From contig JBBAPZ010000027.1 in NCBI GenBank assembly GCA_040400605.1, forward strand, positions 1 to 36,410: 36,410 bases of DNA, given 5' to 3'. Every line of letters starts with the position of its first letter. Position 1 is the stretch's first letter. Below are positions 17,534 to 26,786 of the stretch, one piece after another. The notes under the pieces are model-generated. The model saw only the letters and a list, made by a program, of their open reading frames with translations. It did not search any database and had not been told where the DNA came from. This stretch comes from Candidatus Sericytochromatia bacterium. Lineage in GTDB: Bacteria; Cyanobacteriota; Sericytochromatia; S15B-MN24; JAQBPE01. The position numbers and the translations under genes were made by a program.

Positions 17534-18148
17534 ATGAACAACACAACGGGACAATTGAACACTACACACACGGTTGTAATTGCCGAACCGCCTAGCCGTG
17601 GGTTACGTTTTTTAGTTGGTTTGGCGATGCTTTACGCGTTTTGGGCCAATCGGCGTTTGATCGCCGGGTTTCTGTTTTCCGCCGTCGCACCACAGGCCGC
17701 AGCCCCCGAGGGTTTCGCGAGCGTTGGCACAGTAACCGCCGTGTTGATGCCCATGTTGATAGATTTCGTGGTCGCATTGGGCGGTGGGGGCATTTTCGCC
17801 GCGACCATGGGTTGGCGAGTGTTTTGCGATTTGGTCGCCGGTGCGTTTCAAATGATCGCCAATTGGCGAAACGGCCAACAAATCAAGGCCAGAGTTTCGC
17901 AAGCAATCAAACAGGCCACCATAGCGGGCACGCAGGCGGCCACAGGGCAAGCACAAGACGTTGCAACCAACGAGGCCCTAAAATTTCGCGACCCCGAGTT
18001 GGCGAAGTTTGCAGCGCTGGTGCAAGGCACGCTAGCCGATTTGACCAAGCGGCAAGCCATGGCCGACGAACTATTGGCCGACGTACTACAAACCCGGGGC
18101 GGCGTAAGGGAATCCTCCAATCCCGCAGCCGCCCCGGTTTCCCAATAA
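17534..18148 (+). CDS. Multi-pass membrane protein
   Basis: Several hydrophobic segments, then a helical tail. Confidence 0.7.
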   Translation: MNNTTGQLNTTHTVVIAEPPSRGLRFLVGLAMLYAFWANRRLIAGFLFSAVAPQAAAPEGFASVGTVTAVLMPMLIDFVVALGGGGIFAATMGWRVFCDLVAGAFQMIANWRNGQQIKARVSQAIKQATIAGTQAATGQAQDVATNEALKFRDPELAKFAALVQGTLADLTKRQAMADELLADVLQTRGGVRESSNPAAAPVSQ

Positions 18149-18151
18149 ACC

Positions 18152-18673
18152 ATGGGCGCAAGAGTACCAAAAATGCCAACGCCAACCAACGATTGGTTAA
18201 ACCAACCAATTCAACCGCCGCCGACACAACCACCCAGGTGGCCACAGCCCGATTTTCCGCCGCCACAAATCCCATGGGATTTAGTGCTACGTGCGTTGCC
18301 GTGGGCATTGGTGGCCCTTGGGTTGGTGTTTTGGATCGCTAACCGAACACCGACCGAGCAAACCGGCGTTACGGGGTTGCGTGTGTTGGTGATCGAAGAA
18401 ACCGAACAGCGCGGGGATTTGACACCCGAACAAATCGCCATTTTCAACGCGGTGGAAATCCGCGAAGCAATCGAGGCCGCCGACGGCCAGGTGTTGTTTT
18501 TGGACGCCGACGATAGAACACGCGATTTAGCACCCGAGTGGGCACGGTTACGCGAACGGATCCGCAGCCGCCCGCCGGTGGTTGTGTTCGCCAATCCACG
18601 CCGAGCCAAGGAAATGCCGTTGCCCGCCGACGTTCCAACGTTTGTAGAAGCGCTCGAGGGATTCACCAAATGA
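18152..18673 (+). CDS. Membrane-anchored protein with thioredoxin-like alpha/beta domain
   Basis: Pro-rich N-terminus, TM LPWALVALGLVFWIA, LRVLVIEE...FLDAD...PPVVVF; no CxxC. Confidence 0.6.
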   Translation: MGARVPKMPTPTNDWLNQPIQPPPTQPPRWPQPDFPPPQIPWDLVLRALPWALVALGLVFWIANRTPTEQTGVTGLRVLVIEETEQRGDLTPEQIAIFNAVEIREAIEAADGQVLFLDADDRTRDLAPEWARLRERIRSRPPVVVFANPRRAKEMPLPADVPTFVEALEGFTK

Positions 18674-19500
18674 GCTACACCACGCGTTTAACGGGATACA
18701 GCGTATTTGACGAACACAGCGCCACAAAGTTGGTGAACGATATAAACCATTCGTTACCAGGAAGGGAGCGATTTTTTGCGGGATACAGGCCGCGAGATTT
18801 CGCAGCCGCCCCATTTGGAACCTACTCGGCACCGTTTGCGTTGGATTTGATACCACGCAACGAATGGGCCGAGCGTGCCGAGGCGTTGGACGCAGCCAAA
18901 GCGACCCCCGAGCATTTGGCAACGTATTACAAAGTACCGATCCTAAATCAAAAAACGCTACCCTATTGTTGGTGCTATGGGGTGGTGGGGGCCATGGCAA
19001 CAAGCTACGCCCAATCAGGCACACCGATTGGGTATTTGTCCGCCACGAGCGCGGCGGCCAAGATCGCAAACTATGCCAAGGTGGGCGGGTGGGCCGGTCA
19101 GGCAATCGAGGGAATCCAACGGTTCGGCGTTTCAAGTGTGGAGCATTGGCCCGAGGCCGTTTTGGATCGCCGATACGATACCGCAGAGCAACGCGAAAAC
19201 GCACAAATGCACAAAGCGGTGGAGTTTGAGGAACTACCGAGCCAATCGTTCGATGCCGTCGCAACCGCGTTGTTATCAGGTTTTCCAGTGACCCTAGGGT
19301 TGAATTGGTGGGGCCATTTGGTGTTTGCAACGCGTTTAGTGGTTTTGGGCCGTGGTAGTTATGGCGTGATTATCCGCAATTCATGGGGCAACGATTGGGA
19401 AAACAAGGGCCGAGCCGTTCTAACCGAGGCCCGAGCCACACCCCACGAAGCGTTTTCGATTCGCAGCGTTACTAAGTACGAAACACAACGGGCAGCGTAA
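18670..19500 (+). CDS. Papain-like (C1 family) cysteine peptidase
   Basis: NQKTLPYCW (Gln, Cys), WGHLV (His), IRNSWG (Asn). Confidence 0.88.
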   Translation: MSYTTRLTGYSVFDEHSATKLVNDINHSLPGRERFFAGYRPRDFAAAPFGTYSAPFALDLIPRNEWAERAEALDAAKATPEHLATYYKVPILNQKTLPYCWCYGVVGAMATSYAQSGTPIGYLSATSAAAKIANYAKVGGWAGQAIEGIQRFGVSSVEHWPEAVLDRRYDTAEQRENAQMHKAVEFEELPSQSFDAVATALLSGFPVTLGLNWWGHLVFATRLVVLGRGSYGVIIRNSWGNDWENKGRAVLTEARATPHEAFSIRSVTKYETQRAA

Positions 19501-19808
19501 TGGAACAGCAACAAAAACACCGATTTTTGACCACCCCTAACGGTAACGATTTTGGCGGGGATTCGCTAGTAAGTTCCAACACGAAAATTAACTGGGCCCC
19601 GGTAAATCTACCGCCAAACGTCCAGAGCCATGGGGCAAGCGTAGAGGGGGTGCTAGAAGCGTGCGCGGCCCGATTGTCGCAAATACAAAAGACACCGCAG
19701 GCCGCTGACGTAAACGCCAAGGCGTTATGGCACGTGTTGCAAGCGATGGATTTGTTAAGCGGAAAACCCGCCGTGGGTGCCGCTGGGTTTGGTAGTGTTG
19801 GAAGTTAA
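19500..19808 (+). CDS. Divergent Tad1-like protein
   Basis: INW...SHG...VLE...RL..IQ..P....NAKALWHV..A matches the remembered Tad1 helical-hairpin pattern. Confidence 0.55.
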   Translation: MEQQQKHRFLTTPNGNDFGGDSLVSSNTKINWAPVNLPPNVQSHGASVEGVLEACAARLSQIQKTPQAADVNAKALWHVLQAMDLLSGKPAVGAAGFGSVGS

Positions 19809-19822
19809 AAAGGAATCGACCA

Positions 19823-20257
19823 ATGCAACGTTTTTTGACCGTGTGTTGTGTGTGTGTAGCCGTGTTGTTCGCCGCGATGATCGCAGGCACCCCAGGGGAA
19901 GCCAACGAGCAAACCCAACAGGATAATTGGGAAGTATCAAGCCCAAGCGATAACCCCGTTTCGGCATTGCGTGCACGTGTGGCGCGGTTGGAACAACGAG
20001 TCGCAGCAATTGAAGCCGGACAACCGCCCGCACCCGAGGCCAAGCCGGTAGCCTCGAGCGCCGCACCCGCAGCCGACGAGCCATGGCAAACGCCAACGGT
20101 GTATCAAGTGACCGAGACGCCGCAAGCCGAATCGATTGGACAGTACCAACGGCAAACTACAATTGAATACAGCACCGAAACGGTTTGTACGGGTGGCGTT
20201 TGCCGACCACAAACAACACAATCCACCGGGCCGTTGCGGCGATTGTTTCGCAGATAA
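19823..20257 (+). CDS. Secreted protein with short coiled coil and CxGGxC tail
   Basis: Signal peptide; LRARVARLEQRVAAIE; CTGGVC...LRRLFRR. Confidence 0.65.
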   Translation: MQRFLTVCCVCVAVLFAAMIAGTPGEANEQTQQDNWEVSSPSDNPVSALRARVARLEQRVAAIEAGQPPAPEAKPVASSAAPAADEPWQTPTVYQVTETPQAESIGQYQRQTTIEYSTETVCTGGVCRPQTTQSTGPLRRLFRR

Positions 20258-20271
20258 GGAAGCGCGGGCAA

Positions 20272-20625
20272 ATGGCAACACTGTTTTTTTTGGCACAGGA
20301 AACCGTAAGCTCGAACCAATTGGTTTATTGGTTCAACCAAGGGTTTGCGGTGCTAATTGTCTTGGCACTCGGTTGGGCGTTCTATGGTTGGATTCGGTGG
20401 GCGGGTGTGAATTTGGGCCTCCCATTGTTCAAGGCGCACATAAGCTACTTAGACGCGTCCACCGAGGGGATTAAGCAAGCGACCGACGGCATAAAAACCG
20501 TTTTGGCGAATCAAGCAGAACACCACCGCGAAATCGGGCAAATTGCCAAAACTGTTGTTGAACTCGAAAGCGCAACCAGAGAAATCGCAAGCGACGTTTT
20601 AACACTAAAAAACCGGCAAACCTAG
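20272..20625 (+). CDS. Holin-like single-TM protein
   Basis: GFAVLIVLALGWAFYGWI followed by a coiled coil. Confidence 0.5.
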   Translation: MATLFFLAQETVSSNQLVYWFNQGFAVLIVLALGWAFYGWIRWAGVNLGLPLFKAHISYLDASTEGIKQATDGIKTVLANQAEHHREIGQIAKTVVELESATREIASDVLTLKNRQT

Positions 20626-20628
20626 CGT

Positions 20629-21219
20629 GTGGATTCTAAAACCGAATTGGCCGGGATCGCGGCAAGAAAAAAACAAATCGAGGGCGGCAAACTAACCGCC
20701 CGCGAAACTACCGCGTTAGCCAAATGGCAACGAGAATTAGCCCAGGAAATGCGGGGCCAGTTGCTAAAGGAAATCCCCAAGGGCGTGTACTGCGAATTAG
20801 CAGGCCGCCAACAAAAAGTAGTTGACGAATTTGGGGCACGCTACGACATACCGGTGGACGTGCCGACTATCAACCTTTACGCGGTGATTAAGGATCTACA
20901 CACGCGTGTTAGCGAATTGGCCGCAGCCGCCCGCCCAAACTTGGACGCCGACGAGGCCGAATTGGTGCGGGAAAAACTACGCCAAGAAATCGGCAAGTTA
21001 CAGCGCCAATCAGCCGCGTTGCAAATCGACCTAGACCGGCACATGGACAAGCTATTAGCGAAATCCGACGTGCAAACTGGGCTAGATTGGTTGGCAAGTC
21101 GATTGCGGGCCATGGGCACACAATTGCATCGCGTTTGCGGCCAGGCGGGTATCGACGTGGTTAACGAGTTTTTGGACGCGTTAGCCGCCGAAATCGAGGG
21201 TGGGGCGTTGAGGTTTTAA
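20629..21219 (+). CDS. Terminase small subunit (Nu1-like)
   Basis: wHTH-like segment plus coiled coil, upstream of the GpA-type gene. Confidence 0.65.
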   Translation: MDSKTELAGIAARKKQIEGGKLTARETTALAKWQRELAQEMRGQLLKEIPKGVYCELAGRQQKVVDEFGARYDIPVDVPTINLYAVIKDLHTRVSELAAAARPNLDADEAELVREKLRQEIGKLQRQSAALQIDLDRHMDKLLAKSDVQTGLDWLASRLRAMGTQLHRVCGQAGIDVVNEFLDALAAEIEGGALRF

Positions 21220-21233
21220 ACCATGGGTCAAAA

Positions 21234-21572
21234 ATGCAAAAAATAGTTAGGGTTTGTATCGCGTTACTCGGTAGTGTGTTTGGTGGGTGCGAGTTTTCAA
21301 TAAAAATTGAAATTGTTAAACCGAAGGTACAACCGCCACCGCAGCGTGAAGCGACAGCAAAAGATATTGAGCGATGGAACCAAAGTTTTCGCTGGTTGGA
21401 GGGTATGGGAGAGAAAATTCCACCACCGCCAAAACAGTTCTACAATCCAGCGACCGCCGAGGATTACAACGAGGCACACAGGTATTTGGAAAAGAACCCG
21501 GAAAAACCAGCGGCAAAACCACCAGCCAAAGAGTTAGAGTTTTGGGAGCCGAATCTATACGGCCCAAGCTAA
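21234..21572 (+). CDS. Putative lipoprotein inserted between terminase genes
   Basis: MQKIVRVCIALLGSVFGGC signal with Cys; AT-richer DNA. Confidence 0.55.
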   Translation: MQKIVRVCIALLGSVFGGCEFSIKIEIVKPKVQPPPQREATAKDIERWNQSFRWLEGMGEKIPPPPKQFYNPATAEDYNEAHRYLEKNPEKPAAKPPAKELEFWEPNLYGPS

Positions 21573-21578
21573 AAAACC

Positions 21579-23603
21579 GTGGCCACCGAGTTAGCAAGCG
21601 ACGACGGTTTGGTTTTGCTACGGCCCGCCGAGTTTGGCCCCATGGTGGCCCAAGCGATACGTGCCGGGCGTGGATCCCCACCGCGTAAGTTCGCCGAGTG
21701 GTTGGAAACCGAGGTTTATTTGCCCGCCGACGGTGGCCCATACTCGGGCCGCCGGTTTAGGTTCGAATACCAACCCATTGCACGATTGTGGGCCAAGGAA
21801 ATCGATTCTGGGCAATGGAACGAATACGTTTACACAGGCCCAAGCCAAAGCGGCAAATCGTTTCTCGGGTACGTGTGCCCGTTTTTGTACCACGTGACCG
21901 AGTTGGGGGAATCGGTTGGTTTCGGTGTGCCCATGGAAGAAATGGCCGGGGACAAATGGCAAGCCGACATAAAACCGGTGTTGGAAGCTAGCCACAGGCT
22001 AAAACGGTTGTTGCCTCGATCCGGCCCAGGATCCGCAGGCGGAACAATTCGCGACCGCGTGGTGTTCTCCAATGGATCCGTCGCCAAGATCCTAACCGCC
22101 GGTGGCCGCGACGCAGCTAAGGCCGGGTACACATTGCGAACCATCTTGGTGACCGAGGCCGCAGCGTTTAGCCGGATTTCAAGCAAATCACCCGAGGCCG
22201 ACCCCCTAGAACAATTGCGGGCCCGGCAACGTTCGATCCAATGGGCCGACCGGGCCACGTACATTGAAGGAACCAACACCACGCCGCAGGAATTGCCCGA
22301 AACGTTGCGGCCCGTATCGACCAACAGCCAAATACTAACCCCGTGCCCACATTGCGGTGCTTGGATTTGGCCAGGCCGAGACAATTTGGTGGGTTGGGAA
22401 ACCGCCCGAACCGAAGTGGAGGCCAGCGAATTGGCGACGTGGTGTTGCCCAAAATGCGGGGAGGCAATCAGCACCGAGGAACGCCGCGACGCGTTGGCCG
22501 AGGCCGTGTTGGTGCACTCGGGGCAAGTGATCGACAAAAGAGGGAACGTAACGGGGGATCCACCACGCACCCGGCGGTTGTTTTTTCGATACGGGGCCTA
22601 CCACAACGCGTTTTTGAACGCCGCCGACATTGCGGTGGATCTATGGGCCGCCGGCCAACTCGAACCAGGCACCCGCAGCCGCGACCTAGCCGAGCGCAAG
22701 TTGTGCCAATTCGTGTTTGGGTTGCCATACGTTGCACCGGTTAACGAGGCCGGGGACATACTCGAAGAAACTGACGTGGACGCACGCCGGGACGTGTTGC
22801 CCCGAGCCGTAGCCCATGCCGACGCGTTGCACGTGGTCGCCGGTGTGGACGTTGGAGAAAGGGTTTGCCATTGGGTGTTGTTGGTGGTTCGCCCAAATGC
22901 GCAATTGCACGTGACCGACTACGGCACGGCGGAGGTGGACAGAGCCGCAGGCATGAAAACGGGTCTATCGCGGTGTTTGGTGGAACTGTTCACCGCGTTG
23001 GAATTTGGCGTGGCCCGCGACGTGATCGAACCAGGCGTGGCCGTGGCCGGTGGTCGCCACGCGTGCCGTGGTGTTTACGTTGACTCGGGACACTTGCCAG
23101 AAGTTGTTTTCGAGGCCGCCAAGGCGTTCAACACCAAGGCCGGACGGGATTTTGTGTTGCCGGTGCTAGGCCGTGGTGAAACGCAAATGGCCAAACGCCG
23201 GTACTCGGCACCAACACGCACCGGTAACCAGGTGCGAAAAATTGACCCTGACGGGCGTTGGCATTTGTCCCGAGTCCCACGCGCCAAGATCGACCAATTG
23301 ACCCTAGACGCCGACGCCTACAAACGATTGGCCGACGGCGGGTTTCGTGTCGCAGCCGGTAACCCAGGGGCAATCACACTGTTTTCGGGGCCGGGATCCG
23401 TGCACCGCACGTTCATTAGGCACCTAATCAACGAACAATACGTAACCGAGGAACTACCCGACCAACCTACCAAGGCCCGATGGATACAAACTGGAGCGAA
23501 TCACTACAAAGACGCGTTAGCCTATGCGATTTGTGCCGCCACTAGGTTGGGGTGGACACCCACAAACGCAGAGCCAAAGCAGCGTAAAAAATGGGGTAAT
23601 TAG
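21579..23603 (+). CDS. Terminase large subunit, lambda GpA family
   Basis: Walker A GPSQSGKS; CPHC/CPKC; GVDVG; VDSG; NHYKDALAYA. Confidence 0.92.
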   Translation: MATELASDDGLVLLRPAEFGPMVAQAIRAGRGSPPRKFAEWLETEVYLPADGGPYSGRRFRFEYQPIARLWAKEIDSGQWNEYVYTGPSQSGKSFLGYVCPFLYHVTELGESVGFGVPMEEMAGDKWQADIKPVLEASHRLKRLLPRSGPGSAGGTIRDRVVFSNGSVAKILTAGGRDAAKAGYTLRTILVTEAAAFSRISSKSPEADPLEQLRARQRSIQWADRATYIEGTNTTPQELPETLRPVSTNSQILTPCPHCGAWIWPGRDNLVGWETARTEVEASELATWCCPKCGEAISTEERRDALAEAVLVHSGQVIDKRGNVTGDPPRTRRLFFRYGAYHNAFLNAADIAVDLWAAGQLEPGTRSRDLAERKLCQFVFGLPYVAPVNEAGDILEETDVDARRDVLPRAVAHADALHVVAGVDVGERVCHWVLLVVRPNAQLHVTDYGTAEVDRAAGMKTGLSRCLVELFTALEFGVARDVIEPGVAVAGGRHACRGVYVDSGHLPEVVFEAAKAFNTKAGRDFVLPVLGRGETQMAKRRYSAPTRTGNQVRKIDPDGRWHLSRVPRAKIDQLTLDADAYKRLADGGFRVAAGNPGAITLFSGPGSVHRTFIRHLINEQYVTEELPDQPTKARWIQTGANHYKDALAYAICAATRLGWTPTNAEPKQRKKWGN

Positions 23604-23702
23604 GTGGTACAAGCGAAAACCCGGGTTATTTCCTAGGATTGCAAACAATTACAATAACACGCATGGTTTTGCGTGTGTTTGCAATTCTTGGAGGAAACAA
23701 GC

Positions 23703-23993
23703 ATGGAAGCCCAGCGGCAAAAAAACCAGCGATTAACCGCCCAACAAATTGCGTTTATCCAGCGTTGCGAGGGGAGCCTACGCAGCGTTGCCAAACGATT
23801 GGGCGTTGGGAAATCGACCGTGGATTACCACCGGCAAAAAGTCTATGACGCGTGGAGCGCCCAGGAATCGGACGAGTCGGACGACGGCCCCAAAATAGCG
23901 TTCGAGCAATTGAGCAAGCCACGCAGGTGCCCAACACACGGTTTGGTGCGCGTCTGGCCGTGCGTTCAATGCAGTTCAACAAACCGATATTAA
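23703..23993 (+). CDS. HTH plus zinc-ribbon protein
   Basis: SLRSVAKRLGVGKSTVDYHR; CPTHG...PCVQC; GAGGA RBS. Confidence 0.7.
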   Translation: MEAQRQKNQRLTAQQIAFIQRCEGSLRSVAKRLGVGKSTVDYHRQKVYDAWSAQESDESDDGPKIAFEQLSKPRRCPTHGLVRVWPCVQCSSTNRY

Positions 23994-23995
23994 CC

Positions 23996-24232
23996 ATGCA
24001 ACAACCGTTTCGCAAAAAGAACCCACGCAAACGCACGTTTTCGTTGTTTGTGTGTTTCGGTGCGCCCGAGTTGTTCGAGTCGGATATGGCCCCCGAGGTT
24101 TTACGAGAGTTTAGGGCTAACGGGCCGATCCCATGCCAAGGGGGTGGACACCCCGGGCCGTGGTGTAGTAATTGCCGATTTGGTGAAGTAACCGAGCCGG
24201 TTGAAATTGAACCCAAAACCGACGGAGGTTAA
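23996..24232 (+). CDS. Small Cys-rich protein
   Basis: PCQGGG..GPWCSNCRF; coupled to neighbours. Confidence 0.55.
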   Translation: MQQPFRKKNPRKRTFSLFVCFGAPELFESDMAPEVLREFRANGPIPCQGGGHPGPWCSNCRFGEVTEPVEIEPKTDGG

Positions 24233-24237
24233 CGACC

Positions 24238-26388
24238 ATGGCCCAAACGATTGTTACGCTATCGGGCGACGATGCCGAGCTATACAAAGCGTTTCAACGC
24301 ATCATAGACCAACAGCTAAAAACCGATGCCGGATACAAAAAGGTAAAGGACGCTAGCAAGGAAGCCGCCAACGCAGCCAAGGCCGCCGCCAAAGAGCAAG
24401 CCGACGCCGAAAAGGATCGCCAAAAACGGGTCGATTCGGCCATTGGATCGGTAACCAATTTGGTGGCCGCGTATGTTTCGGTTTCCGCAGCCGTAACCGC
24501 AGCAAGTGAGGCGCACACGGTTCTAATTGGCAATCAGGATAAAGCGTTGGCCAAGGCCAAGGAACTGGCCGCAGCCCAACAAGAAGCCGCCAAGAATCTA
24601 GCCGGACAAACACCCCAACAGATAAGCGACACGCTACAGCGAACCGTTCCAGAAATCGCCAAGGAAACGCAATTTGCCGACCTAGCCAAACTAACTACCG
24701 CGTTGGGATCCGCCGCAAGTATCGTAGGCGAACAACAGGCCCGAGGGGTGGTAACCGAATCGGCACGCATTACGCGATTTACCCCCGACCAATTGCAAAC
24801 CACGGCAACGGCCACCGCCGACATTATGGCCGCGACCGGATTGGACGACGCAAAACAGGCCCTAGCGTTGTTGGCGTCCACAGGATCCGTTGCACGGCCC
24901 GAGGAATTGGCCAAGCTAGCCCAGGGAGCCGCCGCAGCCGTTAACGCGGCAATTGCCCAAGCGCCGGCCCAGGATAAGGTGGACGCGGCCAAGGAAGGCG
25001 TGGCCCTATATGCCAAGCTAACAAAGGTGGATCCCCAGGGGCAAAGCGCCGCGACGGCCACAACCGATTTCATACGCCAAATCTCGGCGGTGTTTGCGGA
25101 TCCAAAGCTAGTGAAGGATCGCACCGAACGAATTGAAACGCTACGGTTGGGCCAAACCGACAACCAATTGGCACTACAACAGGCAACGTTGAAGGTGCAA
25201 GAAACCGAACGCACCGCCAAGTTTTTTAAGCCGACAGACACCTCGATTGAGGCCGAAACAGCACGGTTAAACGTCCAAAAAGCCCAACAAGACATGGCAC
25301 AAGCGAATTTGAAAATCAAACGCGATGCCGACGAATTGAAACGATTGGAAGCAATTCAAACCGTTACGACGGGAGTTTCGCCGACCGAGGAAAAACGCCG
25401 CGATTTAACCGCACAGGTGGAAGCGTTGCGGGCCGAAGCTATGCGCATGGTTGAGGAAAAATCGCCGGGTTACGTGCGTGACTACCCAGAGGCAGCCAAA
25501 ATTTTGACCGATGCGCCACATTTAAACATGAGCCCGTTGGAATTTGGCGATTTGCCAGAGCGTTTTCGGAAGGTCTACACCGAGTTGCAAGATTTGCCCG
25601 GCGGGATCGAGGGAACACCAACCAGGCCGGTACCAACCACGTTTTTAGACCGATTGGAAGCGGTGCGAACCACGGCCGAGCTACGGGCAGCGGTAACCGA
25701 AAACATGACCGGCGAGGCGAAGTTTCAGCCGTTGTTTAAACAGTTGTTGGACGGCAACAGCGAATTTTCTCGGGAACTGGGCATCGCGTTAAACACCGTG
25801 ACAACCGACACCAAAGCGTTCGCGCAGGTGGCCCAATCCACCGTAGAAACACCGCAGGCCCGAATAGTCGCAGCCGCTAACCAAGTCGAAACGGCGTTGA
25901 ACATCCAACAAAGCACCGACACCGAGGGACAGGTACGCGCAGCGGTAAGCCAAATTTTTACCGACGCGATGAACGCCACGGCGGTGGATATGACCACCGG
26001 GTTAGGATCCGTGGTAAGTCGCAACGTGGGTGGCGTATCGCGAGCGTTCGACAGCCCAGACGCGTTTGGAACCGGGGAAATCAAGGTATTGCAGGAACGA
26101 ATCGACTATTTGCAAAACGCCGGTGCCGGGGAATCTAAGATCCAAAGCGCAGCTGCCGCAATTGAGGCAATCAACAAGTTGTTGACGTTGCCGGAACGAT
26201 TGGCGGAATTGAGGACAGCGGGCGAAAACACAAACAATTTCCTACAACGGCAATTGGAAGCGATAGAAGAAACCAACCGGTTGTTGGAATCCGGCCAAAA
26301 CAAGCCGTTGCAACCCAACGCCGCTAACAATTTGCGGGGCATGTTAATGACCCCAGGTGCCACAACCGGCGGGGGGGTAAGTCCGTGA
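24238..26388 (+). CDS. Tail tape measure protein
   Basis: 716 aa, Ala-rich helical; GGAGG RBS; precedes tail tip genes. Confidence 0.8.
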   Translation: MAQTIVTLSGDDAELYKAFQRIIDQQLKTDAGYKKVKDASKEAANAAKAAAKEQADAEKDRQKRVDSAIGSVTNLVAAYVSVSAAVTAASEAHTVLIGNQDKALAKAKELAAAQQEAAKNLAGQTPQQISDTLQRTVPEIAKETQFADLAKLTTALGSAASIVGEQQARGVVTESARITRFTPDQLQTTATATADIMAATGLDDAKQALALLASTGSVARPEELAKLAQGAAAAVNAAIAQAPAQDKVDAAKEGVALYAKLTKVDPQGQSAATATTDFIRQISAVFADPKLVKDRTERIETLRLGQTDNQLALQQATLKVQETERTAKFFKPTDTSIEAETARLNVQKAQQDMAQANLKIKRDADELKRLEAIQTVTTGVSPTEEKRRDLTAQVEALRAEAMRMVEEKSPGYVRDYPEAAKILTDAPHLNMSPLEFGDLPERFRKVYTELQDLPGGIEGTPTRPVPTTFLDRLEAVRTTAELRAAVTENMTGEAKFQPLFKQLLDGNSEFSRELGIALNTVTTDTKAFAQVAQSTVETPQARIVAAANQVETALNIQQSTDTEGQVRAAVSQIFTDAMNATAVDMTTGLGSVVSRNVGGVSRAFDSPDAFGTGEIKVLQERIDYLQNAGAGESKIQSAAAAIEAINKLLTLPERLAELRTAGENTNNFLQRQLEAIEETNRLLESGQNKPLQPNAANNLRGMLMTPGATTGGGVSP

Positions 26389-26786
26389 GCAATTCCATAG
26401 GGTCGATAACGTTTGATAATCTCCAAGGCAACCTAGATTTGCCACAAATGCGCCGAGAGGTAGAAAACCGCAGCGGGGACGACGGGGTAAGCGTTTTCAA
26501 CACAGGCCGGCGCGGCAACACGTTCGAATTAACGGGCCAATATGCGTTTGGAACCTACGCCCTAGCCCGCACCGCCGAAATGACGTGGAGAAACACGTTC
26601 ACCGCGACACCCGTGGACATCGCATTGGGTGGGGTAAATTTTACCGGCACAGGCGTGGCGTTTATCGTTTTGGAAGTTTCGGCCAGCGAAATTAAGCCGA
26701 TGCCGTTTTTCCAATGCCCACGGGCCAATGTTTCGCCCGCATGGGTGTTGATCGCAACGTTTCGAATCCAACCCGTCGAGGTTTAA
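26385..26786 (+). CDS. Distal tail-like protein
   Basis: Follows the tape measure with GTGA overlap; beta-rich. Confidence 0.5.
   Translation: MSNSIGSITFDNLQGNLDLPQMRREVENRSGDDGVSVFNTGRRGNTFELTGQYAFGTYALARTAEMTWRNTFTATPVDIALGGVNFTGTGVAFIVLEVSASEIKPMPFFQCPRANVSPAWVLIATFRIQPVEV

Noticed and set aside
17331..17537. Track ORF as the frameshift partner
   Set aside because: It is the +1 frame; the -1 frame gives a more protein-like extension
21830..25319. Long antisense ORFs (e.g. 21830..22570, 24534..25319)
   Set aside because: Shadows of well-supported + strand genes with no motifs of their own
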